A stretch of DNA of 64,000 nt, taken from positions 672,001 to 736,000 of the forward strand of contig JBJBDL010000003.1 in assembly GCA_047285305.1 (NCBI GenBank). The letters run 5' to 3'. This document shows positions 62,611-64,000 of this stretch, piece after piece. The position numbers and the translations under genes were made by a program. Position 1 is the stretch's first letter, and every line of letters begins with the position of its first letter. The DNA is from Synechococcus sp. GTDB lineage: Bacteria; Cyanobacteriota; Cyanobacteriia; PCC-6307; Cyanobiaceae. Below the pieces are notes generated by a model, which was not told where the DNA came from, did no database searches, and saw only the letters and a list, made by a program, of their open reading frames with translations.

Positions 62611-63986
62611 CCCTGGCGTTTCGCTGCGGCCACCATGGCGCGGGCGCCAACAATCCTCCCGCTGAGGTCGTAAATGTCAGCCCCGGTGATCTCCACCGGC
62701 ACCAGGCTGCCCGGCGCGGCCTGTTGACCATCGGCGCCGGGTTGCACCTGCACTTCACCATCCACTTCGGGTGCAAAGCGGGCGCAGCGCCCGATCATCT
62801 CGCCGGTTTGCGGGTTGTGCTGTTCGATCAGCACGTCAACAGTGCGCCCCACCCAGCGGCTGTTGCGTTCCTCCGAAATGGGTTGTTGCAGAGCCATCAG
62901 GGCATCCTTGCGGGCTTGGGCGACCTCGGGATCGACGCGATCGGGTAGGTCCGCCGCTGCTGTGCCGTCCTCTGGCGAAAAAGTGAACACCCCAACATGA
63001 TCGAAGCGTTGGCGCTCGAGGAAGCCCATCAGGTGCTGGAAGTGCTGCTCTGTTTCGCCGGGGAACCCCACGATCAACGTGGTGCGTAGCACCGCATCGG
63101 GGAGTTGGTCGCGGATTTGATCCAGCAGGCGGTCGTTCACATCCGCCTGCCAGGGGCGGTTCATCGCCCGCAGCACCTCCGGATGGCTGTGCTGCAACGG
63201 CAGATCCAGATAAGGCACCACATTGGGCACCTCCCGGTAGGCCGCCAGCACGTCTGGGGTCAGCCCTGTGGGATAGGCGTAGTGCACCCGGATCCAGGGG
63301 ATCTCCACGTCGCCAAGGGCTCGCAGCAGTTCCGCCAGCTTGGGTTTGCCGTAGAGGTCAAGGCCGTAGTTGGTGGTGATCTGACTGATCAGGATCAGTT
63401 CCTGCACCCCTTGTGCCGCCAGTTGGTGGGCTTCAGCCACGATTGATTCGATCGGTCGACTGCGCTGATCCCCTCGCAGTTTCGGAATGATGCAGAAGGC
63501 GCAGCGGTAGTCGCAGCCTTCGGCCACCTTGAGGAAGGCCACCGCCTGGTCGGTGGTGCGTTGGCGTGGCAGGTGTTCGTCACCCACAAAGGTGGGAACG
63601 GCGCTGACCTGGTTCACCCGCTCCCCCGCCTCCACCCGCTGCAACACATCCACGATGTGCTGGTAGTCGCCGGTTCCCACGATGGCTTTGGCCTCGGGGA
63701 TGGACTCCAGCAACTCCTCCTGGAAATGTTGGGCCAGGCATCCAGCGATTATCAATTCCTTGCCCTGTTCCGCCAGTCCCACCAGGGTGCGCACCGATTC
63801 TTCGCGGGCGTCCTGGATGAAGCTGCAGGTGTTCACCACCACAACGGCGGCATCCCGTTCATCGGTGCTGACGCCATAGCCCGCTTCTGCCAGCAGCCCC
63901 ACCATGTGTTCAGTATCTACCCGATTCTTTTCGCAGCCCAGGTGGGCAAAGGCGACCGTCGGTTTCGTTGGGGTGCTTGTCATCAC
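62607..63986 (-). CDS. rimO: Ribosomal protein S12 methylthiotransferase
   Basis: [25 protein letters not shown] radical-SAM motif, APEVDG TRAM domain. Confidence 0.95.
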   Translation of the reverse strand: MMTSTPTKPTVAFAHLGCEKNRVDTEHMVGLLAEAGYGVSTDERDAAVVVVNTCSFIQDAREESVRTLVGLAEQGKELIIAGCLAQHFQEELLESIPEAKAIVGTGDYQHIVDVLQRVEAGERVNQVSAVPTFVGDEHLPRQRTTDQAVAFLKVAEGCDYRCAFCIIPKLRGDQRSRPIESIVAEAHQLAAQGVQELILISQITTNYGLDLYGKPKLAELLRALGDVEIPWIRVHYAYPTGLTPDVLAAYREVPNVVPYLDLPLQHSHPEVLRAMNRPWQADVNDRLLDQIRDQLPDAVLRTTLIVGFPGETEQHFQHLMGFLERQRFDHVGVFTFSPEDGTAAADLPDRVDPEVAQARKDALMALQQPISEERNSRWVGRTVDVLIEQHNPQTGEMIGRCARFAPEVDGEVQVQPGADGQQAAPGSLVPVEITGADIYDLSGRIVGARAMVAAAKRQG

Positions 63987-64000
63987 GTCGCCGGCAGGCC

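Overview
This is a GC-rich core-genome stretch of a marine picocyanobacterium, most likely Synechococcus subcluster 5.1 (inferred from gene content and sequence style). Most of it is housekeeping: ndhD1/ndhF1/ndhM/ndhO, pds/crtB/zds, plsC-fabD-fabH-plsX, rpaB, rpaA, radA, ycf3, a Cu-type P1B ATPase, tmk, holB, tRNA-Asn, psbD, cysK, hemD, rbfA, aroK, petL and rimO. The unusual part is about 27.6-41.5 kb. A complete psbD is followed by a 465-bp near-identical internal psbD fragment and a low-GC cassette. Next comes a Gtr-like glycosylation cluster (a GT2-GtrA fusion plus four GT-C membrane transferases), then two tandem Som-type porins with near-identical 5' ends and divergent barrels. The 3' end of porin 2 carries a Yfr1-like sRNA structure. 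It is perfectly complementary (11 nt) to the ribosome-binding region of porin 1 but imperfectly to its own, suggesting a porin cross-regulation switch. A decayed lipoprotein pseudogene (50.9-51.4 kb) and two short CDSs missed by the ORF track are also present. I found no integrase, transposase or CRISPR array. All family calls come from motif recognition, not database searches.
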